A program made the position numbers and the translations under genes. This document shows, one piece after another, positions 39,057-48,471 of a stretch of DNA of 64,000 nt; position 1 is the stretch's first letter; each line of letters opens with the position of its first letter. The stretch comes from Candidatus Dadabacteria bacterium (GTDB lineage: Bacteria; Desulfobacterota_D; UBA1144; Nemesobacterales; CSP1-2), in the NCBI GenBank assembly GCA_963805855.1, contig CAWDVW010000006.1:96001-160000 (forward strand). Reading direction: 5' to 3'. The notes under the pieces were generated by a model that saw only the letters and a list, made by a program, of their open reading frames with translations, had not been told where the DNA came from and made no database searches.

Positions 39057-39788
39057 ATGAAGAAAAGAAGCAAGACAGAAGTTGAAATACGGAACATCTT
39101 AAGCGAGACACTACTGCATTCACTAAGGAGTAGTACTAAGGTTAATATCCTTAATCTGATCCTTAAATATTGCAATAAGACAAGCCACCACTCTGTTAAT
39201 GCAGTGTACTTGAAAGACTTGCTTGAAAGGACGGCGATTTTGGATCGGGTTGAATTCAATTTCAAACATGTTTCTAAAGACGATCATTTAAAGAGGCTGT
39301 TTGTGTTCGGGCCCGGAAACTCGATAAAGCTAAAAGGCAGATACGCTGAACACCAGACATTCATCTGTCGAAAAACAAAAGCTTATCTTAAAGTCATATC
39401 TCGTATGAAATCAGGGAGCGAAAGGTTTGACGACAAACTTCAGGATAAAGTGAGAGTTGGAGTGATGCTATTCAACCACGGATTTTTCTTTGAATGCCAC
39501 GAGTTTCTTGAGGGGATTTGGTTAAACGAGAGGGGCAGGGAAAAGTCCTTTCTTAAGGGCTTAATACACGCCTGTGTCGCCTTTTACCATCTTGAGTATG
39601 AAAATATCAAAGGCACCGCAAAGTACCTTAAAGGGAGCTCTGTTAAGCTAAAAGAATTCCAGCCAAATTTCTTAGGAATAGATGTAAGCAAACTCCTTTC
39701 AGACATTGATAAAGCTTTAAAGGTATTTGGGGAACCCGAGTTACGATACGCAGTAGATGACATCCCTGCGATCAAGCTAATTGAATAA
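39057..39788 (+). CDS. DUF309 domain protein
   Basis: C-terminal GVMLFNHGFFFECHEFLEGIW...FLKGLIHACVAFYH. Confidence 0.8.
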   Translation: MKKRSKTEVEIRNILSETLLHSLRSSTKVNILNLILKYCNKTSHHSVNAVYLKDLLERTAILDRVEFNFKHVSKDDHLKRLFVFGPGNSIKLKGRYAEHQTFICRKTKAYLKVISRMKSGSERFDDKLQDKVRVGVMLFNHGFFFECHEFLEGIWLNERGREKSFLKGLIHACVAFYHLEYENIKGTAKYLKGSSVKLKEFQPNFLGIDVSKLLSDIDKALKVFGEPELRYAVDDIPAIKLIE

Positions 39789-39799
39789 TATTGTTTCTA

Positions 39800-39858
39800 C
39801 GGTTTTTATCATGCATCTTGTATCATGGATCCTCCATCTTGCCTCGTGCATCCTGCAT
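39800..39858 (-). repeat. Heptamer (GATGCAN) repeat element, degenerate inverted copy 3
   Basis: Reverse complement reads ATGCAG GATGCAC GAGGCAA GATGGAG GATCCAT GATACAA GATGCAT GAT AAAAACCG. Confidence 0.65.
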
Positions 39859-39936
39859 TCCGTACCTTGACTGACTAAATTGAACCATATAAATTTATCA
39901 ACCTGATATACTGAGATTGGCTTTGTTTGTATCGGA

Positions 39937-40012
39937 TCCGGTGTAGCTCAGCTGGCAGAGCGGGTGGCTGTTAACCACTAGGTCGGGGGTTCGAATCCCT
40001 CCGCCGGAGCCA
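39937..40012 (+). tRNA. tRNA-Asn (anticodon GTT)
   Basis: TCCGGTG/CGCCGGA acceptor stem, anticodon loop CTGTTAA, GGTTCGAATCC, encoded CCA. Confidence 0.96.
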
Positions 40013-40386
40013 ATAATTATAATAGGCTACACCTTTACACGACGTTCTTAGGTACAACCCCCTTTTTGCCAAGCTCGGTTTAAGTTGGAATCATAGAAAT
40101 TTTAATGCTTAATAGCAATACTATTACCTAGGGTATATGGGGTTGTTTATCAAAAATCTAGGTTACACGATGTACCCATTATGCCGGCAGGCCATTTTCG
40201 GTTTCTCCATACTTGCCCCTTGACTAGAAATTACATTTATCGTAGTATCAAGTAGAAGAGCGATTTGCAGTATAACACTCCTATGGCAGAAATATACTGC
40301 ATTTCTGCTGCCCAGCGTGATTATTAGTTAGACCAAGCACTATGTTGTGTTGGGTTTTGAAACAAGATTAGATGGAGGAGGAAGCC

Positions 40387-40836
40387 ATGAAGAGAGTAGC
40401 TTTGTTCGGGTTGTTTGGAATCGTCTTGCTCGTGGTAAGCGGGTGCGCCCCTATTTCGTTTTCTGCGTTTTCCCGCTACCGGGAGGTTGGCGATGTCAAG
40501 GGTACTATCCCCGTGCCGACATCATCTTTCGTCACCATTGGAAGTCTAGCCCTTCCGGCTGGCAACTATGTGGTCACTGCGAGCGTATACTTGACGAATG
40601 ATTCTCCAGACCCGGGTATCGCCTATTGCATGCTCATCGTCGGCGATCGGAATGCTCAGGTCATCGACTCGGCGCCGGCCGGCCAAGCGGTAAGCCAGGC
40701 ATTGACAGTTGCTAGCCAGCTATCGAGCAGAGGGATTGCAGCGCTGAAGTGCCGCAACAACGGCGTCAGTGGCAACTTGTCCATCCAGACGTTTAACCTC
40801 AATGCGATAGAGGTGGTGAGCCTGACGTTCCAGTAA
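40387..40836 (+). CDS. Hypothetical lipoprotein (beta-sandwich)
   Basis: GGAGG RBS, lipobox VSGC, beta-rich body; GC-richer than its flanks. Confidence 0.7.
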   Translation: MKRVALFGLFGIVLLVVSGCAPISFSAFSRYREVGDVKGTIPVPTSSFVTIGSLALPAGNYVVTASVYLTNDSPDPGIAYCMLIVGDRNAQVIDSAPAGQAVSQALTVASQLSSRGIAALKCRNNGVSGNLSIQTFNLNAIEVVSLTFQ

Positions 40837-40957
40837 CGATAGCGAGACCAATAGGGACGTCTGTCCCTGTTGTTCCCAAAAATCCGGATCCATCTCGATT
40901 GACAGCACATAGTCTTGAAATCTGCGTCTGTTTTAACGGGTTATCCGGGGTTGATTA

Positions 40958-41335
40958 TCACTCAAACTGACATGGGCCAAAGTCAATGTCCGGCGTATCT
41001 ACTATGTCATCGGAGAAAATGCCAAAAATCCCTGGGAATCCATCAACGCTCGTGATTCTTAGCTCGTTGTAACTGACAAACCCACAAAAGATAGTTCCAC
41101 AATCCAGAGCAACACATTCCTCTCCAAGAAATGATTCCGGAGGGATTGTAGCTGATTCGTCGTCGGGTGGACCTATTTCCTCACAAAAGTAACGGTTACA
41201 GGCCTGAAAAAGGTCTTCAGCCACGCATGCGGATAGTTCCAGCTCCCTATTCGGGATACAACTGGTACCACCGTTCCCATCACAGGCGATAAAAGTGAGC
41301 CACATCAATAGCACAATAAGACTTAAGGTTTTCAT
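40958..41335 (-). CDS. Cys-rich acidic lipoprotein
   Basis: Lipobox FIAC followed by 8 further Cys. Confidence 0.7.
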   Translation of the reverse strand: MKTLSLIVLLMWLTFIACDGNGGTSCIPNRELELSACVAEDLFQACNRYFCEEIGPPDDESATIPPESFLGEECVALDCGTIFCGFVSYNELRITSVDGFPGIFGIFSDDIVDTPDIDFGPCQFE

Positions 41336-42085
41336 AAGGCCATAACCTTTGATTCTTTCCTCTCCAAATACAATCCTAGGACTTCCTCAATTACATGTCA
41401 ATAGGACTTTAATGTCTCACGAGTGAGACATGAGAGGCGAGAGGCATGGGATCCGGGAGACATTAGTCCATTTGGGACGTAGAGGATGGAAGGCCGGGGA
41501 GGATAAAGACAGAAAACGAGAAAAGGACGAAGGACAAATTGTGAGATCCGGATTTAGGATGGTGAGGCTAGGGGGGGGCAAGGGGAGCACGATGGGGTTT
41601 CGCCTTCCTAAAACTGGGAGTCCCCACTTTTCCCTCGCGGAGAAGAAAAAAAGTACGGTTCGTTTTTACCCCCAACGGGCTAGCTGACTTTTACGGCCGC
41701 GCGTCCAACGTCCCTATCATCCCTCTTGCTGCACAATGACCCTTCGGCCGTATCCTTGACCTTCGTCCTCAATTCTGGAACAAAAGGGTGATCAGGATAA
41801 CTAAATGCGGTTCCTGATTCTATCAGGTCGGGTGAATCTGATCGGATAGCTTTTCTTTATTTAAAAAAAGTTGTAAAATAGTAGACCAATAACAAAAAAA
41901 AACGGGGTTTATTCGTCGTTAAATGACCTTCCGTATCATAGATTAAGATCAGAGGGTTATTCGAATTAATTTCCCACAATCGGTAGTCAGCTGGAAAGAG
42001 ACACTTGAAGATATTGAATTTTTAAAACAATAATATTATTAATATTATCACGTATGTTTCTATCGAGATTAAAGGAGGAGTAGCC

Positions 42086-42745
42086 ATGGCATTAAGAATC
42101 AACGATGAAGCGCCTAATTTTACGGCTGACACAACTGAAGGGAGAATTGATTTTCACGAGTGGATTGGCGAAAGTTGGGCGATACTATTCTCCCATCCAA
42201 AAGACTTTACGCCGGTTTGTACGACGGAATTGGGATACATGGCTGGCTTAGCGCCCGAATTTGCAAAGCGTAACTGCAAAATCATCGGTCTAAGTGTTGA
42301 TCCGGTGGAAAGCCACAACGAATGGGCAAAGGACATTGAAGAAACGCAGGGTCATGCTGTCAATTATCCCATGATTGGCGACACTGACCTGGCTGTGTCA
42401 AAACTCTACAATATGTTACCCGCAGACGAGGGCGGAACGTCTGAGGGCCGCACAGCTGCTACTAATGCGACTGTGCGTTCTGTGTTCATTGTTGGGCCAG
42501 ATAAAAAAATCAAGCTTATGCTGACCTACCCGATGACTACGGGACGTAACTTTGATGAGATTTTGCGTGTGCTTGACTCCATGCAGTTAACCGTTCAGCA
42601 TAAAGTTGCTACGCCTGTCAACTGGAAAACTGGAGATGATGTCATTATTGTGCCGGTGGTATCTGACGATGAGGCAAAGAAAATGTTCCCGGAAGGTTGG
42701 AAAACATTTAAGCCATATTTGCGCGTAGTCAAGCAACCGCGTTAA
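42086..42745 (+). CDS. 1-Cys peroxiredoxin (Prx6 family)
   Basis: FSHPKDFTPVCTTE, GRNFDEILR, ATPVNW; AGGAGG RBS. Confidence 0.93.
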   Translation: MALRINDEAPNFTADTTEGRIDFHEWIGESWAILFSHPKDFTPVCTTELGYMAGLAPEFAKRNCKIIGLSVDPVESHNEWAKDIEETQGHAVNYPMIGDTDLAVSKLYNMLPADEGGTSEGRTAATNATVRSVFIVGPDKKIKLMLTYPMTTGRNFDEILRVLDSMQLTVQHKVATPVNWKTGDDVIIVPVVSDDEAKKMFPEGWKTFKPYLRVVKQPR

Positions 42746-42949
42746 GCTACTATACCTAAAAGTCATTTCAAGCGTGTACCTGCTCTGGTGAGCTTTACCT
42801 AGTGTTGATGACCTTTCCGAGTTTAGTGTGTCTTCGAGGTCTTATTGAGGAAGTCAACGGCACTGCTGAATTGTCTGACGCCGATGCTTTGTCCTCCAGG
42901 AGACAATAAGTATCTTTGCAACAGAGCATTTCTTGCTTAATGCAAATCG

Positions 42950-44104
42950 CTACCTATGGTTGCTATAGTAAATTTCGTTATGACCTGAGGTTCCATCAAT
43001 CCACAATACATGTAAGTTATCCTTACTGTCTACGACTATCTTAGGACCAACGGATTTCCCCTTGCTGTTTGAGATGTTAACGGGTTGCAACCAATCTTTG
43101 CCATTCCATCGGGTGTAAAAAATCTCCTTATTGTCTCGAGCCCCTTCTTCCCAGACGACATGCAGGTTATCATGGGTATCAACAGCGATATCGGGTTGGA
43201 TAGATGCCTCGGCGCTATGAGAAATATTGACATTTGAAGACCACCCAGCTCCGTTTCCCGAGCTATAAAGAATATCTTGACCTCTTGCGGCCTCATCACT
43301 CCAGACTACGTGTGCCTTATCCTGAGTGTCCACTACGACCGCAGGGCTCAGAGAGTGCCCTGGGTTTTTCGATATATTAATAGGAGGGGACCATTTTTCC
43401 CCATCCCGTTTTGTATAAAATATTTCAGGAATGCCTGTGCTAAAATCGTGCCAGACCACATGCAGGTTATCATGGCTATCAATTGAAATACTAGGGAGAT
43501 AAGACCCCATGCCTTCTGCGTCATCAGAGATTTTTGTGATATTTGACCAATCCTTTCCATTCCACTCCCCGTAGTAAGTTTCGCTCCTGTGATCTGAGAC
43601 GCCATTCCAAATTACATGTGGTCTGCTGTTAGGACCAATTGCAATCCTGGGATAATAAGCAGCTTCGGAACTATCGGAGATAGTTATCGGAGTTGACCAG
43701 TTCTTTCCATTTCCTTTGCTATAGTAAATAGCCTTCGTGCCTGAGGTCTTATCACTCCATACTATATGAATTTCTCCGCTCCGATCAATGGCAATAGCAG
43801 GGGTGGCTGATATCCCTGTATTACGGGAAATATTTACGGGCTCAGACCAGTTCACACCTTTACTATAGAAGATGTCATAGTTGCCAGAGGAATTATCGTA
43901 CCAAACCACATGTAAATTATCCTTGCTATCAATGGCGATGCTGGGACTGAATGATATCTCTTTATTTTTAAAGATACTTATAGGTTCCGACCAACTCTTT
44001 TCCGTTGTTCCTGTGAGTGTCTTTTCGGCTCCTTCATCAGCAATAATTGGTCGTATAGCTAACCCAGCAAGAATAACAAGTGCAAATAGTCTTTCATTCC
44101 ACAT
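42950..44104 (-). CDS. Secreted beta-propeller repeat protein (BNR/sialidase-like repeats)
   Basis: About seven repeats of WS-x-P-x-NIS...P-x-IA-x-D-x-x-DNLHVVW; N-terminal hydrophobic segment; start uncertain (44104 or 44137). Confidence 0.8.
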   Translation of the reverse strand: MWNERLFALVILAGLAIRPIIADEGAEKTLTGTTEKSWSEPISIFKNKEISFSPSIAIDSKDNLHVVWYDNSSGNYDIFYSKGVNWSEPVNISRNTGISATPAIAIDRSGEIHIVWSDKTSGTKAIYYSKGNGKNWSTPITISDSSEAAYYPRIAIGPNSRPHVIWNGVSDHRSETYYGEWNGKDWSNITKISDDAEGMGSYLPSISIDSHDNLHVVWHDFSTGIPEIFYTKRDGEKWSPPINISKNPGHSLSPAVVVDTQDKAHVVWSDEAARGQDILYSSGNGAGWSSNVNISHSAEASIQPDIAVDTHDNLHVVWEEGARDNKEIFYTRWNGKDWLQPVNISNSKGKSVGPKIVVDSKDNLHVLWIDGTSGHNEIYYSNHR

Positions 44105-44314
44105 GAATTCATCGTCCAAAGCCTGCTTTTGAAACAACCGGTAGTTTTCGGCTTAAGCAGCGGAGATCAAGAAGTACAGACTCTACAATTATTCGTTTTG
44201 ACGGTCCTAGTGTGCCCAACTCTGCGTGAAGCCAATCACAACAGGTTTAGAAGCAGTTCTCATGAAATATTAACGCCTGAATACTGCGATCGAAAACCCC
44301 ACGTACGAGAATCT

Positions 44315-45115
44315 TCAGTTGTCTGGTGCCCCGTCGTCAATCCACTCCTCAATTATAAGAACCTCATCATTCGGTCCGTCCCGCGGGACGCTCGTAGAGA
44401 TATTCCAGGGCATGCGATTGTTTCTCAGCCGCGACCTGAGTGAACTGTTTCCCGCATCGAAGGGAATGACAATTGGTTCTTCACCAGCATCAGCCCCAAG
44501 CAGGATTCCGTCATAACTTCCCATATCCAGGTCATGCGCGCCCCCTATCCCGGTGTGACAACCGGCAGCATCACAGGATAGAGACCCCGGAAACCAGACA
44601 TCGGGCTCGGTAAAAAGCGGAAGAACATCGTCGTCGAAGTTCCTGGTAACGTCATCTCTATCATCGAAATCCCCATCTGGTGCCCCTGCATCAATCCAGT
44701 CCTCGACGATAAGGACCTCGCCATTCGGGCCATTCCTCGGAACACTGGTAGAGATATTCCAGGGCATGCGATTGTTTCTCAGCCGCGACCTGAGTGAACT
44801 GTTTCCCGCATCGAAGGGAATGACAATTGGTTCTTCACCAGCATCAGCCCCAAGCAGGATTCCGTCATAACTTCCCATATTCAGGTCATGCGCGCCCCCT
44901 ATCCCGGTGTGACAACCGGCAGCATCACAGGATAGAGACCCCGGAAACCAAACGTCATTCTGGGTGAAAAGCGGAAGGACGTCCCTGGAGAAGCTAACCC
45001 CCCCCGGGCCTTTGTGCCCATCATCATTACAACTTGCTATAAATAGAGTCATGGTGAAGAATAGAGCAGCTGAGATCAGGAAAAGCCGCCCTCTATGGTT
45101 TTTGGCTTTAGCCAT
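44315..45115 (-). CDS. Lipoprotein with two tandem planctomycete-type cytochrome c domains (CX4CH)
   Basis: Lipobox IASC; two copies of F-x-x-DVLPLF...CDAAGCH...RMP...WIDxGAPD; AGGAGG RBS. Confidence 0.8.
   Translation of the reverse strand: MAKAKNHRGRLFLISAALFFTMTLFIASCNDDGHKGPGGVSFSRDVLPLFTQNDVWFPGSLSCDAAGCHTGIGGAHDLNMGSYDGILLGADAGEEPIVIPFDAGNSSLRSRLRNNRMPWNISTSVPRNGPNGEVLIVEDWIDAGAPDGDFDDRDDVTRNFDDDVLPLFTEPDVWFPGSLSCDAAGCHTGIGGAHDLDMGSYDGILLGADAGEEPIVIPFDAGNSSLRSRLRNNRMPWNISTSVPRDGPNDEVLIIEEWIDDGAPDN
44394..44950. repeat. Intragenic direct repeat, 203 nt with one mismatch, period 354 nt
   Basis: 44394-44596 versus 44748-44950. Confidence 0.9.
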
Positions 45116-45192
45116 ACCAATCCCTCCTTTGCTTTAGATTTTTAAATCTATCACCTATAAGTCCCATGATAGCTTGAATGTAAAATAACTTC

Positions 45193-45212
45193 AATAATGC
45201 AAATGCATTATT
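45193..45212. promoter_or_regulatory. 9-2-9 palindrome, candidate operator of the adjacent LuxR-type regulator
   Basis: AATAATGCA-AA-TGCATTATT, about 80 nt upstream of the cytochrome gene start. Confidence 0.55.
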
Positions 45213-45279
45213 TTTCTACATCATTTGCAGTGTTTTTAAGTGCTAACGGTACTTGGTAGGAACGAAGGCGGGAATAATC

Positions 45280-45945
45280 TCAGATCATCTTATTTCTGAT
45301 AGCATAAGTGACTGCTTCCAGCTTGCTATGGAGACTCAATTTGGTGAGGATATTTTGTATATGCTTTCGGGCGGTGGACCAGCTTATATAAAGCTCTTCT
45401 GCTATATCTTTGGTGCTGAGCCCCTCGGCCAGAAGCCTTAACACATCATACTCACGACGAGTTAGATTGCTATCGGGCTTACGACTCAATGTACTTAAGT
45501 TGTTAATGTGTACATCCTCTTCGGCTTGATCTTCAGGTTTCATACTGGAAATGATCTTTTTTATTAATATTTGTTCTCTCTTTCTCTGAGTTATGTCTCT
45601 AAATATGTGTACGGCAACGTCGAGGTCTTCATGTCTCGAGGGGATTGCAATAATGCTTACATTAATCCAAACGGGGACTCCTCCCTTGGTATGGGCGAGA
45701 GTATCAAAGTTGCTTACTTTCTTTCCTTTTTCGATTGAATCCATCACACAGCAGCTCTTCGAACACAACACTCCACCGCTCTCAGTTCTTCCAAAAATCA
45801 CATTATGACAGTACTTCCCCAATACTTCTTTTGGATTAAATCCAAGGATATCTTGTGCTGATTTGTTCCAGAAGATTATTCTGTGATCGCTACCGATAGC
45901 GAATACGCCATCGGCGGTCTTAGAAAGGAGGTTAAATACGTCCAC
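45280..45945 (-). CDS. PAS-domain LuxR-family transcriptional regulator
   Basis: N-terminal PAS (IIFWNKSAQDILG, HIFRDIT) with GKYCH...CSKSCC; C-terminal LTRREYDVLRLLAEG HTH. Confidence 0.9.
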   Translation of the reverse strand: MDVFNLLSKTADGVFAIGSDHRIIFWNKSAQDILGFNPKEVLGKYCHNVIFGRTESGGVLCSKSCCVMDSIEKGKKVSNFDTLAHTKGGVPVWINVSIIAIPSRHEDLDVAVHIFRDITQRKREQILIKKIISSMKPEDQAEEDVHINNLSTLSRKPDSNLTRREYDVLRLLAEGLSTKDIAEELYISWSTARKHIQNILTKLSLHSKLEAVTYAIRNKMI

Positions 45946-46289
45946 CTACTTTATGCCCCTGTTATTCTAAAGATTTTACTTTTTTGAGCTCTGGCTTCGA
46001 AAAGAGCTAACCTATGCGCTCATTATCTCACAGATTGGAGATGATTGTCAATAAGACGATTTGGATGGCATAAGAATTCTTCGAAATTGCCGTTCTTATC
46101 TTCTAGCTCCTCAAGACTGAGATCAAAGGATGCGCTCGGAGATTTGTTTAAAGCCGATTTCTATGTCCGAAGCTTTTTTTCTCCTTCAACAGAGTTTTTG
46201 ACTTTTTACGTGATGTCACTTGCCTTATGTCTTATTTTTCTATATTAATATTAAGAACTAATAGCATGGTTATTCTTGGTTATGGTTTC

Positions 46290-47648
46290 ATGAGATTCAT
46301 AGTCCTTTTATTTTCCTTTTGCCTGCTTACCTTATTAGTCTCTTCAAAATCGACTGCGGAGCCACAAACACTAATCTTTGATATTTCCTATGAGCATCAT
46401 AAAGAAATCAATAATATCATAGATAAGAAACACGGGGAATTGGAGGATTCTCTAGGGGTGCCCGTGGGTGAATTGACTGTTAATGTTGATCGAAGAGGAG
46501 TGTATAGAAAATACGACAATGGCTATATATATTGGAGCCCTGAGACAGGTGCTCATGTGATTTTTGATGGGCCAATCCTGGCAAAATGGCAAAAGCAGGG
46601 TTCAGAGACGGGCGATCTCGGTTATCCAATCACGGACGAAATGAATACTCTGGAAGGACGGGGGAGACTCTGTAGCTTTCAGGGTGGTCTCATCTTCTGG
46701 AATCCAAAGCTCGGCGCAATAAAGATTATGGCCTTAACAAGCCGGCCCCTTTTGTTTCTACGTAAGAATTTTCGGGGGTCCTGGTTGGACTTAAGGAAAT
46801 CGATAGGACGCTTAAATGGCGATAAATATGAAAGGAATTGGACTGGAATTGCGTTAAATGAATCGCTTAAGGAGGTTGGTTTTGACGACAGCGCATCTTC
46901 GCTGTTCGTACCGGGGGGTTGGAGCGTGATCTTCTATGAAAATGAGGGCTACTGTGGTAAGAACTTCAAAATCGCCGGACCGGCCGCGATATCTGATCTC
47001 AACAGTTACAATGGTGGCGAATTCAATAACGAGATAACATCCGCTAAGGTAATTAGCGAAATCGCTGACAATAGCAGCAAATATGGAGAGCTCGTCCTCG
47101 ACTGGGCTGGTGTCATAGATAATAAAGAGGGAAAAGATGGAATCCATGGTCCTTACGGGAACTTTCACATATTGATATACGACGCGAGCGAGCCTTGTTA
47201 TGGTGAAAGGTCATCCTATCCGGTTCCACTCCGTCATATAGTTCTTCCCGGTCCCAACAATACCGGAAATATGTGTGAGTGGGAGGATGGTGACCAGAAG
47301 GACTACGACAGGCTTGGCCTCTTTCAGTGGCGCGATGAAGGAGATTCTGTGAAAGTGTTCATATACGAGAGTGACCCAAGCAGGGAATTGCCAAAACTAA
47401 TCTCAAGGAAGCATGACCCTGTTTTTTGTCAGGTTATAGATCGAAATGAAGGCGATCCCGAATTTTTTCCGAGCAATATTCCCGCAATGAGACACACTAT
47501 TGTCTCGGGCAAGAATCGATCTAAATTCTGGATTGACAAAGTGAGATCGATTTGGGATAAAGGCTTAGAATCAGATATGCCTTCCATGTTCGTGGAGCTG
47601 GAGACTGTATACGATGGTGCGCACACCTATAATGACAGGGAATTATAG
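46290..47648 (+). CDS. Secreted protein with LGFP repeats and a beta/gamma-crystallin domain
   Basis: Signal peptide; GYIYWSPETGAH...GDLGYPITDE (LGFP); FDDSASSL...WSVIFYE...FNNEITSAKV (crystallin Greek key). Confidence 0.78.
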   Translation: MRFIVLLFSFCLLTLLVSSKSTAEPQTLIFDISYEHHKEINNIIDKKHGELEDSLGVPVGELTVNVDRRGVYRKYDNGYIYWSPETGAHVIFDGPILAKWQKQGSETGDLGYPITDEMNTLEGRGRLCSFQGGLIFWNPKLGAIKIMALTSRPLLFLRKNFRGSWLDLRKSIGRLNGDKYERNWTGIALNESLKEVGFDDSASSLFVPGGWSVIFYENEGYCGKNFKIAGPAAISDLNSYNGGEFNNEITSAKVISEIADNSSKYGELVLDWAGVIDNKEGKDGIHGPYGNFHILIYDASEPCYGERSSYPVPLRHIVLPGPNNTGNMCEWEDGDQKDYDRLGLFQWRDEGDSVKVFIYESDPSRELPKLISRKHDPVFCQVIDRNEGDPEFFPSNIPAMRHTIVSGKNRSKFWIDKVRSIWDKGLESDMPSMFVELETVYDGAHTYNDREL

Positions 47649-47880
47649 TCAGCAATCTTATATCTAGAATAAATACACCCTGGAGCACGGGGAGCATGCC
47701 CCAGGGCTAAAAGTGTGGAGTGGATAGAGGAACTTAATTTTCTGTGTCGTGATTTTGTCTCAAGCTGTGTCCTTTGCTTTTGGTTCTTCAAACTCTTAAC
47801 CAGAAAACATAAGCTCAAGGAATAAAATCGATCTCAAACAAAACCATACCAAAAGGTACAACAGAAGTTTCCCTTAACGA

Positions 47881-48132
47881 TTAATATCCTTGGTCAGCTG
47901 GTTCTTGATCCCCAGCAGCTTCGTCAGGCATATCGCCACCTGGTAACTCAGCGTCAGGTGCGTCCGGGTTTGCATTGGGTTCGTCAGGTCCTGGCTCTGC
48001 CTGCTCTCCCTGTTGCTCGGTTTCCTCTTGTTGAGCCAGCGCTTGATGACTCGATATCAACGAAAAGTGAGTCAGGCTTCCGCCTAAAGAAACCGCTAGA
48101 AAAAGAATAAATGAAAGTGTGATTGTTTTCAT
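47881..48132 (-). CDS. Small secreted acidic, probably disordered protein
   Basis: AGGAGG RBS; signal peptide ending ALA; E/D/P/Q-rich mature part; sigma-54 promoter upstream. Confidence 0.75.
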   Translation of the reverse strand: MKTITLSFILFLAVSLGGSLTHFSLISSHQALAQQEETEQQGEQAEPGPDEPNANPDAPDAELPGGDMPDEAAGDQEPADQGY

Positions 48133-48192
48133 ATCTTGGTATTACCTCCTTGAATTTTTTGGGTTGAATCCCACACTTTGTCTATATACATA

Positions 48193-48208
48193 TGCAACTT
48201 TTATTCCA
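48193..48208 (-). promoter_or_regulatory. Sigma-54 (-24/-12) promoter
   Basis: Minus strand reads TGGAAT-AAAAG-TTGCA, about 60 nt before ATG 48132; IHF-like TATCAGGGAGTTG at about 48239-48251. Confidence 0.65.
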
Positions 48209-48283
48209 CATGTTGTTTTGTTAAATATTATTAAACTATATCAGGGAGTTGGATTATAATACGAGCTTATCGAATACGAACTA

Positions 48284-48322
48284 GTGTAGTTTTACACTGT
48301 GTAAGCTGTGTAAAATTACACA
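48284..48322. promoter_or_regulatory. Tandem palindromic enhancer (candidate bEBP binding site)
   Basis: GTGTAGTTTTACAC-TGTGTAAGC-TGTGTAAAATTACACA; same 14-9-16 layout as 21682-21720. Confidence 0.6.
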
Positions 48323-48471
48323 GACGCAATTGACAAGACAGCTGATGCAATTTTACCACCCTATTTTGTGTATCTTTCTCCTGTATCAATCCTATAAATA
48401 AACCGGGGTGGATTCTTAAGAAAGTTTTGTTAGCGAGTCAATTTAGGCTTTATATGAATAGAGAAATATAT

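Noticed and set aside
41430-41687. 85-aa ORF in the GC-rich stretch
   Set aside because: Low-complexity purine-rich translation with no family signal; more likely a non-coding remnant.
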